The position numbers and the translations under genes are program-made. Source: Azolla caroliniana (Eukaryota; Plantae; Polypodiophyta). From it: a DNA stretch of 64,000 nt. The notes beneath the pieces were generated by a model. The model saw nothing but the letters and a program-made list of their open reading frames with translations, was not told the origin of the DNA and did not search any database. The stretch covers positions 7,502,001-7,566,000 of the forward strand of contig JBHGNT010000001.1 in NCBI GenBank assembly GCA_043228905.1. The letters run 5' to 3'. This document shows, piece after piece, positions 15,105-29,600 of the stretch (position 1 is its first letter; every line of letters starts with the position of its first letter).

Positions 15105-18100
15105 TTAACTCTTTTGTTTGTGCTTCTTTTTAGCAAGAGCTACATGAGAAGGCAATAATGCGGACGACACTTCCACCACTGTAGAACTTTTCCTCTTTTT
15201 GTTTCTAGCTGTGGAGTGATTTTTCAGTATTTTTCCACAAGAAGTTTCAGTAGAACCATTGTCTTTCACATCGGTTATATCACCATCATCATTACTTCCG
15301 ATTCCAGTTGAGAAACGTGAGCCTTTCTCATCTCCTTCCACAATCAGAGCATTAAAATTGATCTCTTCCTTAATTTCCAATGGATTCAATATAGACATTG
15401 AAGAAAGTGTGTAATCTAGAAGAAATGTACTCCTGAATAGTCTATCAATCCTACTGAAATGCCTCTCAGTGTACGGTAAAATTCCTTCAATAAGCTCACG
15501 GAGCCCTGCTACCTGAATATATTGGAAAATGGATTGAAGTAAAACGAATTAATCATATATCTGGTAACCAGTACAACAGAGTATTACTTAATAGGGCAAT
15601 ATACCAGAAAATAACCTTTCATTTTTCATAAATGACTTAGAGTACTCTAGAACTTGAAACTGCCTAAATATCTCACATTTTTTGGAAGTCTTACACAAAA
15701 CAAGAGGCATTTCTGTAAATTTACTCTAACTATAAGATCTTCTCAATTGAAAAACGAGTGGTCACTCTAGGATAATATAAAATACCACAGAAAACAAGCT
15801 CTCATTATTTGGAAGCCTTACGCAAAACAAGCAGCCTTTATGTAAATTTAATCCAACTATAAGATCCTATCAATTGAAAAAGAAGTGGTCATTCTAGTAA
15901 TAATATAAAATACCACAAAAAACAATTAGTTATAACATCTTTCTCAGTGAGAAGACAAGAAAAACCCTCAGCACGCCTTCATGTACTGATAAGATACTCC
16001 CACTGAGGAAGGTAATTTCTTCAGCCTAGTTATTGCAGAAGTATGTTATAAACAGAAATTTATATAAACATCATTCTCACCTGAAGAAAAACTTCTGGCG
16101 TAAAAATATGGAAGAGTTCTGAAAGCACACGCTGTGCCACATGGCAGAATTTGGGCTTCGTGTTCCACTCTCGGATATATGACAATAGCAATTGAATATG
16201 TCCCTTGTCAAGAGCTTTCAATACATTTGGTAATTGCAGATCTGCCTTCCCATTTCTGAGATAAAAGAAAAAACAAAATTACAAAACAATGAAGTATAAA
16301 TGTTTCTATTTCTCTATCTCAATGACTGAACCCTTTACTTGAAAAGCTCAGTGAAAACACCAAGAAGTTTGAATGGCCTCTTCAACTCAAATGCAAGTTG
16401 TATGGCCTTTGCATAGTTGGTATCAGCTAGAGCATTAGACAAGTCTTGATCCTTCAAAATTTCCTCTTCCTGCAATCCATAACAAAAAGGAACTCAGAAC
16501 GCATCACAATTGTTTTGAACAAAAAAAGGGGAATCTGTTGATTTCGACACCTCCCTATGTAAGCACCCACTTGAATTTCATCGGATCCCCATTGAGAGAA
16601 TCAGAAACACATTAAATATATAATAAATTGAGCTTTAGAAATCATTTTTGGTAATATGTATAAATTTTATGCAATAGAAATTCCATGCAACATTTATAAA
16701 GGGAAACTGTTTCAAATAGGACGGTGAAATACTTTAAGAAATAGCTTTAGAGAGAAGAATTAGAAAAAAATAGCAATTAGCCATAAATATTGATTAGGAT
16801 CATGGGGTCCTCATATTTGCTTAGGTGGGTGATTAGATTGCTACGCTTTCAAAAACAATAGATTGGCACCACTCTAAGATACAATACTAAATTACATTTG
16901 TCACCAAAAAAAGACTTAGTGGTCTGGCTCTTTCCATTCAAGCCATAGGTCAAGAGTTTGACTCAATCTGGTTTCCATATAGAGAAGAAACAAAATAACG
17001 AAATTTATTGCTGACAATGGACTTTTTTCATAGACTTCACCTCTTTTCTTTTTGCATCTTCTTCATCATCCTTTGTGCAATCAAGCCATACATTTATTAT
17101 AGAATCACTTCCACCACTTGCCAGCATCTCATCTTTATTGGCATTCACATCCAATGCCCAGATCTACATATTCAAGAGGTAACCAAATTACTTGAAACTG
17201 ATCAAACTTTAAACAAACATGAACATACCGAGACACAACAAAAAATATACAGAACATCATAGAGTCGTTTGACGATCACTCTGTCACACAAGCCATGCTT
17301 AAATCATAAAAATCACATACCTTATCTTCATGATGATCAAAGGTGTTTACACACTCATTTGTCTTTATAGTCCACAATTTCAACAAGCCATCCGCACCTG
17401 AATCATTTGAAATTGGATTATCCAGAGAAGTATCCTGATATCCTTTAATTTAAAGGACAACTACCTGCAGAAATGATTTGGGTGCCTCGAGACAGGAATG
17501 ATGCCCGGAGAACACTCGCTGTATGGCCTTCAAATGTCTTAAGACATGAACCATCTGCAAGAGCCCATAATTTGATGGTCTTATCACCCGAAGCTGTCAA
17601 TACACATTGATCCACTGGTGAAAATTGTACCGACCAGATGCCTCGTTTATGGCCACGCAGCACGAGACCAGGAACTAACTCCGGAAGTTTCCAAATGCGT
17701 GCCGTACGATCCTATCCAAATTTCAATGGTTTAGAATAATTACCCAATAAAACAATGGAGAACTTGAATTATCGAAATTTCTATGTAAGGAACTTGCATT
17801 GTGGAAAATGATTTTGTGAAGACATTGTTTGAGAAAATATTAAATAATATTCAGTGTAATGATCGTGAGGTCAACATATTAATGTTCTTGGAAAAGAATG
17901 CAATATTAGAGAAATTGATTTAGATTTTTAACTAGCAAAGTATCATTAATTAATGTACAGATAGAAAACATTGGGCTTTAGCAACTATCAATGCTTACCT
18001 GAGATCCAGTACAAAGAAGACTATCGTTTGGAGCCACAGCCACGGAGTTTATGTCTTTGTCATGAGCTGCAACTGTGGATAATGAAGAAAGCTTTTTGGG

Positions 18101-21100
18101 GAGCCCTTCGTGACATTCATCAAAGCCTTCAAGGCTCCATACCTTGATTGTATGATCACTAGCACAGCGCACATACATCATATAAAAATGAGGAATAAAC
18201 ACGACAACTGTGAAAATGCCATATACATCATGTAAATATGAGGAAATATCCGGACCATAGACAATTTGAATACCCACCTACTTCCACTAACTAGAAACTT
18301 CCTAGACTTCCTAGAAAAAGCCAGAGCTCCAACGGCAGCCATGTGACCTTCAGCAATGGCTAAGCAAACTCCAGATTCAACATCCCATACTCTCACCTAT
18401 AAAAACATTGTAGTAATGTCAAGAAATCATAACAGAAGAAAATGCTCCTTGACAATTTGACATAACAAAAGAAAATTACCATATGATCTTTTCCTCCAGA
18501 AGCCAGAAGCATGGTCTGGTGATGTGAAGATAGACATGAATCCAAACATAACACAATATCTTTATGACCAAACAGCTCTTGTCTGCAGGTCATTGTTGTC
18601 ATATCATATATTCGAATCTACATCAAAGGCAATATTTGCGTAAGCCAAGACCATATTGAACGAAAAGAGACCATATAAAACATATAAAAAAAGAGGAATA
18701 TTGAGAGAGTAGTAACATAGCACCAACTAGATGATATCCCATTAGTTGGGATGAGAAGAAATCATGACCAACAATAAGAAGCATGCCACAATAAGGCTCC
18801 TCATATCAATCTAGAACAACCATATTCTGAATAATTATCACGAATACAGACAAATAAGGTCTGAAATCTCACTAGCTACGTTGCTGTAGGGTGGAAACCT
18901 TCGGGTAACTAAGGTAAACTCACTCCCATGTAAGAACAAACGTGCTGAGCTTAAAATGACTAGATTGCTAAGATGCAACAAGCAACGTGACGTTCTTGAA
19001 AATGGGCAGCCTAGTGCGAGGGAATACTCAAGCAAAAACAAAAAGGGCATCTTACAGGGGCATTCTAGATTTTTTCTTAAATCATTATATCAAACTATAA
19101 CTCCAGTTGTGTCAAATCATAGTATTTTCTTTAATTTTTGCATGCACTTACTGCACCTCAAAAATAACTGTAAAGATTTAGATGTATTTGATATTTGTCT
19201 GACATACATTAAGGGAATTCTAAGAAAGCGGGAATTACTTGCTCCAAATTCGTTGCAACTGCAAGCAGATTCTTATCTCCAGGAATAAACTTCAAATCGA
19301 TGACTTCGTCATTGTATCCTATTAATCTTTTACTGATCTGAAGATCAGAATCACCTGAATTACATTCTGTGACCGTGAAAAATAACAATCGTTGGTCCCC
19401 TGTCACACACATAATACCATCAGCTGATGGCAGTAAAGTCACACCAATAAGTCCTCTTTTCTCTTCCTCCTTTTCAGATATAGTTGCCATCACATTAGAT
19501 GTTTGTTCATACAGACATGTAGCACTGCAAATCAGAAGTTAATATGTTTAGGTATGGGTGATATACAGGCAATTGCTCTTAAAGTATGAACTGCAAATTC
19601 TCACCCTTCGGCAATCCAAAGCCGTACAATTCCGCGTTCACCAGCTGTTAAAAAGCATATAGGATCTGATCGACTTCTCTTCGCCTTCTTAAGCTTGTCT
19701 TTATTACATATGTTCATTAGTTTACTGTCGCATGGAACTATGGAAATAGCTTCAAGAGGTTCATATACAGGAACTGTTGACTGTAGACTGAAATCCTTCA
19801 TATTCCATATATTCACAACCTATAAATTGCATTAACGCAATCAAACTAAGTCTTCAGGTATCTTTAAACTAGTTATAGCCACTCAAAATAAACAGCATGA
19901 TTCCTAAACAAGGTAAATTGTAAACCTTAAATAAAACCGGTCTTGAGCTTAAAAACTACAAATGTAACCTTATCTCTTCCAGCAGTGAGCAAGCAATTGC
20001 TACTATTGGAGAAAGCCATACTTGTAATCGTTGAAAAGTGCTTTTCCAGAACCGCAACACATTTCTTTTTCACCAGGTCCCATATGCGGACGGTGGCATC
20101 ATCGCCTCCTGAGAAGAGCTGAGGATTTGTGATCAATTTAGGAGAATCAATCCATGAAAGTAAGAAAAATATTCTATGAAATTGAATTATTTCCCCTTAA
20201 AACCATGTTACTATTGCTACAGCCCATAAGTAATATTTTGCGACAATTTATGGGAAACCTCAACAATGCTCTCGCAGCAGGATTTCACATAAATACAAGA
20301 AATCTTCTATGAAATCAAAACCATGATGATATTGATACAGCTCATAACTTATACATCATTACAACATGCATGAAACCTGAGCAATGCTCACCAAGAGATT
20401 ATCTGGATCTGGATGAAACATGACTGATGTGACAACACCATTGTGACCTCGAAATGCATGAGTACAGAACCCTCTATCAGCATCCCATACAAATAAAGCT
20501 CTATCTGCACCAGCTGTTGCAAGAAGTCCCCCAGAAGCATGCATTGCCATGTCTGCAATTGGCCCTTCATGAGCCTACATCAATAATACAATACAACCTA
20601 TAACTAGTTACGTCTTAAATTTTATTATATACTTAAATATAAGCTATTATTTATATACTAAACTTAAAAGCAAAGTTTAAACATAACTATCTTGAAAGTC
20701 TGATATCAAAACGCCATAAAGATAACAACAAATTCTAAGTCTCCCATTCAGATTATAGACATCATCAGCTTTCCTACAGAGCTACACGATCCAGAAGTTC
20801 CCAACCACAAATTGATGTGGAAGGACAAACAAAGCCTACAGAACATATATAATTCATCGATGTTCTGATTATAAGGTTCAATATAAACTAATGAATATTG
20901 TTGTGTATGCAGCATGATGCATCAGTAAATTGATTTCCAAAAGTTCCAGAAGTTTAGTTTAAGTTCATATGAATGAGATACCTCCCTTGATCATCGATCA
21001 CTTGGATGAGTTAAATAATTTATCATGATATATGAATGTTTGATTTTAAATGAAAATTAATGTTGAAACACATGTTCTATCGAAAACTGCATTTAAAGCC

Positions 21101-22442
21101 ATAGTACTTTGAGTTGAGATAGAGAATTAAGAGAGGGAAAGAGAGAGATAAAAGTTTCAACAAAAATAAGCAAATAACAAATAAATGTAAAGTAGAAATG
21201 AGCATTATAACTGATGCAAATCTACACAATAAGGGAGTGTTCATTGCAATTGTATCTCCATAGTGATCAAAGTAGTAAGTCTCCATGAATATATGCATGG
21301 ACTCTCTGTTCAAACCATAGTCGAAGTTTCAATGAGAACATGCAAAGATAGCATATTGTCACAGCAGATACTAAATGCTAACATGTCATCACACTAAGAG
21401 CTACAAACCAGTTGTATTAGGTGGCATCTGAAGAATCCTTTAGTCATGATCTTGAAACAAATAGAGGCTGGAGAGAAATGGATAGAGCGGACTTGCACAC
21501 TCTTCCCTGGTAAAGAAATCAAGGATTATGAGCATCTTCACTAAGATGTGACGCATTCACAGCCAGACAACAACACTACCCAACATCAATTTCTGTACCA
21601 ATCAACCTCATGCTTCTCCAAGTTGGACACTCCAAGCCATGCCTTACTCAAGCCTAGTAGTCTGATCGTAAGAAGATAAATGATTCACATTTGTCTAAAG
21701 TATACATTATGCACCAGAAGATGAGACTGTCTTGTAATGCTCTTTTGGAGTCCCATAGGTCATGTTCTTACCTTTCAAGGATATTAACATATCTCTAATT
21801 AAAAATCTCTCTCAAAAATACTATCTCTATTCCATTCTCTTACCATAGTGAATTTTCTTGTAAACATGGTTCATATTTCTAGCCTTCCAAGGCCCTAAAA
21901 TAGCGTTATCATCATCTCTATCAAACATACAATCTACATCCCTCTCTCACACACATTTCCCAACTGTCTTGTACCGCTTCTCAGGGTCCTCTAGGTCAGG
22001 TTTGTGGGCTTCCAAGGACATTAAAATATTCTCATCGCATCTCTCTCTCTAAGATATGATTTGGCTAACACGTTACCAATCCAACTTATACTATCGATAT
22101 TCCCTCTCTCACACACATTCCATATCATTTTTTCCATACCTTCCATGATCGGATACATGTACCAGAGCTCAAGCTCCATAGTTTGACTTGCCGACTTCGA
22201 CTAGCTGAGAAGAGCGAGGAACCATTAGGCATAAGTGCTATCGCAGTGATGGGTTCAGAGTCTCCCTCCAAGGTGGATGTCACGGTACCACTCTGCAGGT
22301 CCACAACCTTAACCTGGTCATGACATGCACATGCGACGAAAGAAGCATCAGAAGATATTGCCACAGGGCCCCCTGTGTAGAACATTTGCACTGCTGAGGT
22401 GGACTTGTAGTTCTTCTTCAAAAGAACAGGGGAGGTCGCCAT
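15105..22442 (-). CDS. TBL3: Transducin beta-like protein 3 / U3 snoRNA-associated protein 13 (TORMOZ-like), 14 coding exons
   Basis: Exons ~22442-22140, 20574-20392, 20119-19989, 19820-19605, 19525-19239, 18618-18480, 18396-18278, 18160-17999, 17712-17466, 17397-17321, 17163-17041, 16470-16339, 16256-16081 and 15512-15105. Motifs LKKNYK..FYTGG, GYNDEVIDLKF, AAHDKDINSVAVAPND, LRGHKRGIWSVQFSPVD, the Utp13 C-terminal REWNT..FCHVAQ and LPYTERHFSR, and a basic tail. Confidence 0.95.
15671..15925. repeat. Intronic tandem duplication, 2 x ~128 bp
   Basis: TTTGGAAGYCTTAC..ACTATAAGATC..GTGGTCA..TAATATAAAATACCACA occurs twice in the last TBL3 intron. Confidence 0.85.
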
Positions 22443-24023
22443 CCCTATCCGTAGAAAAAGAGGCAAAACATATAAGAAACGAGTTTGAGTTTTTAAACCA
22501 ATGTATGCGTCAATGTGTGTATGTGTGTATGTGTGTATGTGTGTATGTGTGTATGTGTGTTTGTGTGTATATACGCAAGCATGTATACATATTATATATA
22601 TATATAACCCTCAAAAATGCATCGAAATAGATGTTATGGAACTAAAATACAACCCAACCCTCACTTAGGTACGCAAGGGTTCTACAACTGCAGGGTGAGG
22701 AATAAAAAGGTCAGATGATAGAAAGGAAGGTGAATTAAACCAGGGTAGACATCGCTGACTGGCATCCTCATAGGAGAAGTTGTATGTACAAATATATAAG
22801 GTCGAGCAGTCCATCAGGAGACCAGTAGCAAATGAAAGGCAAGGCACATAAAGAGACTGATGATGACGAAAGCAAGACATATTCATAGACACCATGTAGA
22901 CTGAGATCTGTTAGAGTTCTCCATTTTGTTTAGATTTTCTCAATGTTTTCCCTTCTTCCACTCCTTTCATTTTTCCAGGAGAACATGTATGGAAAAATAT
23001 ATAATGTCAAGCAGGCGATTGAGAAACCAGTAGCAAATGAAGATCAGGGCACATAAAGGAATTGAGGTGAAGAAAGCAGGTGATATTCATGGATGCATGC
23101 AGATCGAGCTTGAGGTTTTAGTCTGATCTTTGATTCCATAGGACCCATTTGCATGCTTGTATTGTATCATGCTCTAGTTCTGTTATTTGCTTTTCATAAT
23201 TTGAATGCTTTTATTTAACTCATTTGAATGATTTTGGTCCTAATTTCCACAACCATTATTGACTACACATATCTACATGAAAACAATTAACATTACCTCT
23301 AATGACAATATTCTATGTCTCACTCTGTATCTCTGTATCTCTCTATATATATATATTTCAGAATCATATGTTAGTTTTCTGGAAAACTGCAGCAAAGAAG
23401 TTTTTCAAACAACTAGCACAAAACCATGATTGATGTGTGTTGCTGATCCCTTGGGCTAGGCAGAAGTACTCGGCAGAAAAGTAGCTACTTGTGTATATCA
23501 ACGAGAATGCTATACCCTGACATGTAAAGAGCATACTGGCCCCTTGGAACCATTCGAATTTTGAAGAATTCGAATTTTGGGATGCCATATACGAGCATGG
23601 TGTAGGGGAACAGTAGCATTAATCAACCCTTTTCATATTCAAAGAATTATATCAATGAAAGTTAACAAAAAAATTTAAGATTAGCTGCAAGAGACGTATT
23701 TAACAGAATGTAGTTTGTAATTAGTTTCTATTTCCTTCTCGCAACTCTTAATGACAGAAGCTTTTCAAAGTCACGATTTTCACTGTTGGATTTGTGAGAA
23801 GAGTTGTCAATATAGCATCTAACAATGGCATTACGCAAAAGAGAGGAAGCAGCACACGAAAATCTCATGACTATACCTGTGATTGAGAGGTTACCCGAGG
23901 ACACCGTTCTTATGAATTGAAGAAATTGGGGGGGGGTGCCCTGTTTGCTTGATACGATCGATGGCAGAGTTCAGCACTGCGTGAGGAGGCCGAAGACGAT
24001 GGATGATGAACGGGATGAAGCAG

Positions 24024-24216
24024 TTAGGGTTTTATGAGGGCTGTTGCCCGTCACTTAATATGTTCAATGACTTGAATTCTCAGTTAAGTTTAGGGTTTTA
24101 GATGGGTCAGGGGCAGGGGAGGGGGGGGGGGGGGGGGGGCTCATGTTTTTTGCTTCACTTCAATCTCTCTCTCTCTCTTTGTCAAGATGTATGTATGTAA
24201 ATCTTTTGTTTGGGCC
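24024..24216 (-). promoter_or_regulatory. Probable TBL3 promoter: two telo-boxes, a G-rich tract and a site II motif
   Basis: TTAGGGTTT at 24024 and 24090, G19 at 24121-24139 and TGGGCC at ~24211. A minus-strand donor near 23876 and an acceptor just 5' of the ATG (22445) imply a 5'UTR intron. Confidence 0.55.
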
Positions 24217-26517
24217 TCATACAGGCCATTTGGGCATCTTAAAAGACATTAATACATATCTTTCTTCTCCTTTTCTGTCTCTCGATCGCCCCTTGGATTG
24301 TGGTTTGCCGAAGGTTCTATTGAAGGATGAATGTCAATTGTGTCATTGCTTCACATGCATGCAACCATGATTACGTTGCCAACATAATTAATGAATGCAA
24401 GTTCCCTACCTTGTTTGTTCACCAAACAAACTCATTCTTCTCATCAACGCCATGTGTGTTATAGTCTCTGACATACTCAAAACTTAGGCATCATTCCCTA
24501 TGATGTACATTTGCAACATGCAAATCGAATGACTTGATGGTATCTTCCTCTGCACTCTCAAGAAAGGCATGCAAATTGTGTTCAACAACGTGATACTAGA
24601 TTGGGATTATCTTGATACTGGATTATGAATGCCTCCCGATATTAGGAAATTGACGATGATACATGCAAATGGTTAACTAAGTATAGTGTTTAGGACATTA
24701 GAGAGGTCATAAAGGGTAAAGATGTATATCCATGATTACTAGGTGTACATAGACCAAGTGCATACAAGTGACAATATTCTGAGGTTGGGACAAGAATTCT
24801 CTTATATGTGAGCTATGTGTGAGGGCTAATACATTGTCACATGGGGTAAGGGTGTGGTTTTATTAATGTACTTATAATGATAAACATGCCTCCTCGTCCT
24901 CTTCCATTCCATCTCAACTCCCATAATTTATTAATGTAATGTATTTACATGGTGTTAGAGCCCTTGGATTTGAAAAGTTATGTTTAAGTTTGTTAACAAC
25001 TCAATCCCATATCTTTTTCATTATTCACAACTTTAAAACCCATATTACGAACAATAAACATGAAACATCAACTCTTATCAATGGCTAATTAGAATTAAGG
25101 GAAGCTAGTATCATTAGAGTTCTAGATGTAGATTCTAAATTACATAGTGGAGATATGGTGATAGGAAAACCTATTTTCATTTTATTTTCTTGGTAATGTC
25201 AACGTTCATAATACATATTTAGGAGCAAATCATAGGATTTACCACTAAACCAATGTGCTAATATATTTCAATATGGAGAATTTTAACAAGGCAACACTAT
25301 GTATTTATAAGCCATAATTAGTGTGGATGCCTATATTGCCTTATATTATACTTAACATTGTACTTCGTAGTTGGTGGGAAGTTAGTTACAAAGTCATGTT
25401 TTTTGAACAAACTATTAGGTTGTCTCATCCCTCAAACTTTGAAGATATGTCTCTACAATGAACAGATTTTAAACAAAGAATTGTATTGAATGAACTTGAA
25501 GTTACACAATATGACAACTATTTAGTTCGTGGATGTTTAAAGTCTCTTACGTGTTTAGTGCAAAGGTAATATTAGCACATAATGTCCTATTATTTTTTCC
25601 CAATTATTAATCGCACATATACCACCACTAGGTAATGGTATTTCTACACTAGATCAAAGGCTATTAATATCGATCCTCAAGAAAATAGAAGCAATATGAT
25701 ACATAAGAACAAAACCATTTTGAACCATGAAACAAGAATATGAATTTGCCTTCTGTATGTTATATGGATTGGTAAAGCAAGTTGCATATGACATTCCATC
25801 CTCTTTAGGATAATTATTAAGCAATAATGCATGGAATCTACACTTGTTTCTAATAGAAAACAAGTTTGCCTACAGCTGCAAGAAAGAGGTAGAACCTTCA
25901 ATAACGATGCAGACGTTGTTGTCCACACACTCACCGTTGCCACTCTGTTGCATCTTTTTCGTCAAAGGTCTAAAACCTTAACCATTCTCCTACTCTGTCA
26001 AAGTGGCCACATTTGGCCCCAATTAGCTCATCCTCAATTCATTGGCACAGACAAATAATCTAACCAAATTAGTTACTATGACATCTTGGATGCCCTCTAG
26101 TACATATACTCAGATTACATTTGCCTGACAATCAAGTCAAAGCTATTTAGCTTATATGGGCAAAGCAAAGCTCTTTGAAGTACCCCAAGTTTTCTATTCA
26201 AAATTTAAAAAACTACAGTATTTCCTAGAATAATTAATAATACTACACACCCCTTCACCTATGTGACATACCTTGGGTTGCTCAAGAGAGAAATAATTCT
26301 CTGGCCACATGCATAATCCCACAACATAAAATTGAAGTTTAAATTTAGTTGAGAACAAAGACAATGAGGCACGACCTTAGATGGAGTTTCAGTAAAATAA
26401 ATAGTGATTTCTGGTCAAATAAAAAATTACATCCTTTGTAATGGAACATCCATATTTATAAACATTACAGTGTACTGTGGAATCGGCAGTCTATATTTTC
26501 CAAGAATGAACAAGTGT

Positions 26518-26640
26518 CTATTTCTTATGGGCTTTGAAAATGGTTTTTTGCATGTATGTAAGTTCAGCAATACTCTCTTTAATATCCTCCAAAGCTCTGT
26601 GAGCTTTTTTCTTCGTTGGTGCTCGTTTTGCATCTGCAAA

Positions 26641-26694
<54 letters not shown>

Positions 26695-29600
26695 ACACAC
26701 ACACACACACATATCCCTGCATGAGATTAAGTTTGCTGGCGCTTGAACAAGATGTCTATCTAAAGTTTTTATTGATCACAGCAACAATAGTTTAGCTGTA
26801 AGTAAACAAAATAGCAAATCAATTCCACAACAAAACAACAGAAAAAGTCTGATTATGAAATAATCAACTCCTTCCAAAGTAGTTTGCAGTTGACATATGG
26901 AAAACCATCAGTTTGTTGTGTTTGATTTCATGGTTTTTTAGGCAGACAAAAGCTCATGCAGAAAGAACTGCTCCAATGGAGAATAAGACAAGGCTTCCTA
27001 GCCTAAAGGAATGCTATGTCTTTTACATTGTCTTGATATGAAAAACTTCATTGAAAAAGTAAGAACATGCTTTTTAGAATTCTTGAAAGTTTAGAATTCT
27101 AACTTCATCATTTTTAGTGTGTTTCATAAGAAAATAATAATGTAAGAAGATAAATTTAATATGTCAAAAATCCTTACCATTCGGAAACCAACGGAAACAA
27201 AGAGCTTTTATACTGCTTACATCCACCACAACATGAGAGAAAACCGCTGCCAAATCAGGCATATATTTCTGTCCACATAACAGCAAAAGAAAATTAAGCA
27301 AACCAAGATAACATGACACACCTGGTTGATCAAGTACTATATGCCTGCTTGAAAAACGCAGATTACTCCTAGTACAGGTGGCTCTTTAGATAGCACACCC
27401 TTGTTATCTACTTCTAGTTTCTCATAAACCCATTGATATCTTGGACCTTTGTAATGGAGAGCAAGCCTGCACACTAGTGTAAAAATCCCTATCATGATTT
27501 TCCAGGACTAAAGCAAACACCTCCCTTATTATGATGGTAAAAACATATCATGTGATTATGTTCAATTGTAACATTTATGAAAGGCATAATTCCGTTGAGG
27601 TATTTCAGAACTGAACAAGTTGTCAAGATGATGATTCTTTTGACAGGCAACACATATCATGTCATTTACAAAACAAGAAGTCCATTGAAATCTTTCAGAA
27701 ATTAAAGGAAGTTACAATGCCATATCTTTTGAACTGCAATTAACAAACACTCAGACGTTGAACCTAGCATCATAATCATAAAAAGACTATTCACGTGTTT
27801 CACAAACCAACATATTGTCCCAGCAGCATCACATCTTTTCAACATGATAATGTACAGATGCAGAATTCATGACATAAAAACATAAGTTGTGAAAACACAA
27901 AAAAGCAGATGTGTCCATAATTACATATCAATGTGCTTCTAACAGAAAATTAAAGAAAGTTCAAAATAGACATAAACCCAAAATACTGACCCGAAGAAAT
28001 AGCAAATCTACATAAACAGAATTTCCTGCTAGCAATGGCTGTTTTGTTCCATCTCCTATATGCAACCGAACAAAATTCAGCACCTGCAACAAGAACAGTA
28101 GTTGCAATTTAAAATATCAACACTCACAGCAAGAACAGTAATCTAATGTTCATTTACAGAGAAATGCTTTTATTATATCAGCATACATGAATCATTAATT
28201 ACTTAACAAGCCACACTTGCCCCCTACTGGAATAATTCCAATATCACAAGTGCTTCTAGATTCTCTGCATTTTTCTGCGATCTTCACATTTATATCTGAT
28301 CTTGATAATAATAATAATAGCTGTTCTGAATATATTATCATTACTGAAAAGACGTGGATTTGTGCAAAAACAGCAGCTGCAAATTTGAGCTTCTTGTTGG
28401 GCTCCAGAGAATCTCCCACTCAGAAAGTGTTCATGGACAACCTGGGAAACTTTTTTTTACACATTGGCTCTCCAAAATTTTAAGATCTGTTTGCAGAATT
28501 TGGAGTTTCAGTGGTGTGGTGGTTACTTGATCATGACTTGTGTTGTGCTGTCTCACAATCTCAACTATTTGTATTTGCTGCTTCCTTGAGAAATAAATAA
28601 ATGCGTGTGAATCACAACCTTCAGGGACAACAGAACTGTTGCAACAAAATCTTTTTAGCTCTCTTCCTCTCTACAGGTGTGTACACAATAATCTTCAATC
28701 AGGGATGCCAACCTTTGCAAGCTTGACAAGTCTAGTCTCTTCCACCAGAAACGTTTTAGAGTTCTTATATGTAAAAGCATTCCAAATATGGAATCTTCTC
28801 TAAAAAAATTGTGGTTACTTGATACACTGACTGTTTTCTACAGGATAGAAACGTATGAATGGAGCCAGAATTGGAGAGATTTGGAAAGTCCTTTAATCTA
28901 GATGATTGCCCATATTATAAGACAAAAAGCATCAGTGTGCCATGATATGATCCTGGCTCATTTGGGAGCTGCCACAATAGCGACCACGGCCTGATTAGTG
29001 ATGTGTACTGTAAGGATTTGAGCATTCTCAAAGCAAAAGCACTCATTATTAGCAATTATGTCATCAAAACAGCTCATAGAAAATAAGCAAATTATCATTA
29101 TTGATATCCTAAAATACATGAATGCATCCAACCACTTGAAATAAATATAAATGCACTATCCCATTCCAATATATAGCTCTCTACTATCAGGCCCTCTCAT
29201 AAGAATACACATCCCTCTCTATTGCACTCCGTTGTGTGTGTGGTATGACTGCTCAAGATTTTTTCATGTCAGTTGGAGATTGCGACAAGCTTACATCCAC
29301 CCAAAATTATGGTGCTAATTGTGCCATTTATTCTCTCCATTTTGTTAATAATAAAGGAATACCAAGAGGCATGCTGGTCTTTGGGACCAACGAGGTGTCA
29401 ATTTCCTTGTTCATGAGAGATTTAAGTTCGTGGATGTGACAAACTAAGTCTTAATGACTCTAAAATTGTAGGAAATGTTTCTTTGAGGCGAAAATTTAGC
29501 TAACTTGGTCGTTCAATTGGTACTTTGAGACTGGTTTCCCGTTTCTCGCTCCTATACCATGTAGGAATTTCATAGCTGTAGGACACGATGTAACTCTCAT

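Noticed and set aside
22855-22910. C/D box snoRNA (TGATGA..CTGA)
   Set aside because: Too short (~45 nt) and antisense to the host gene.
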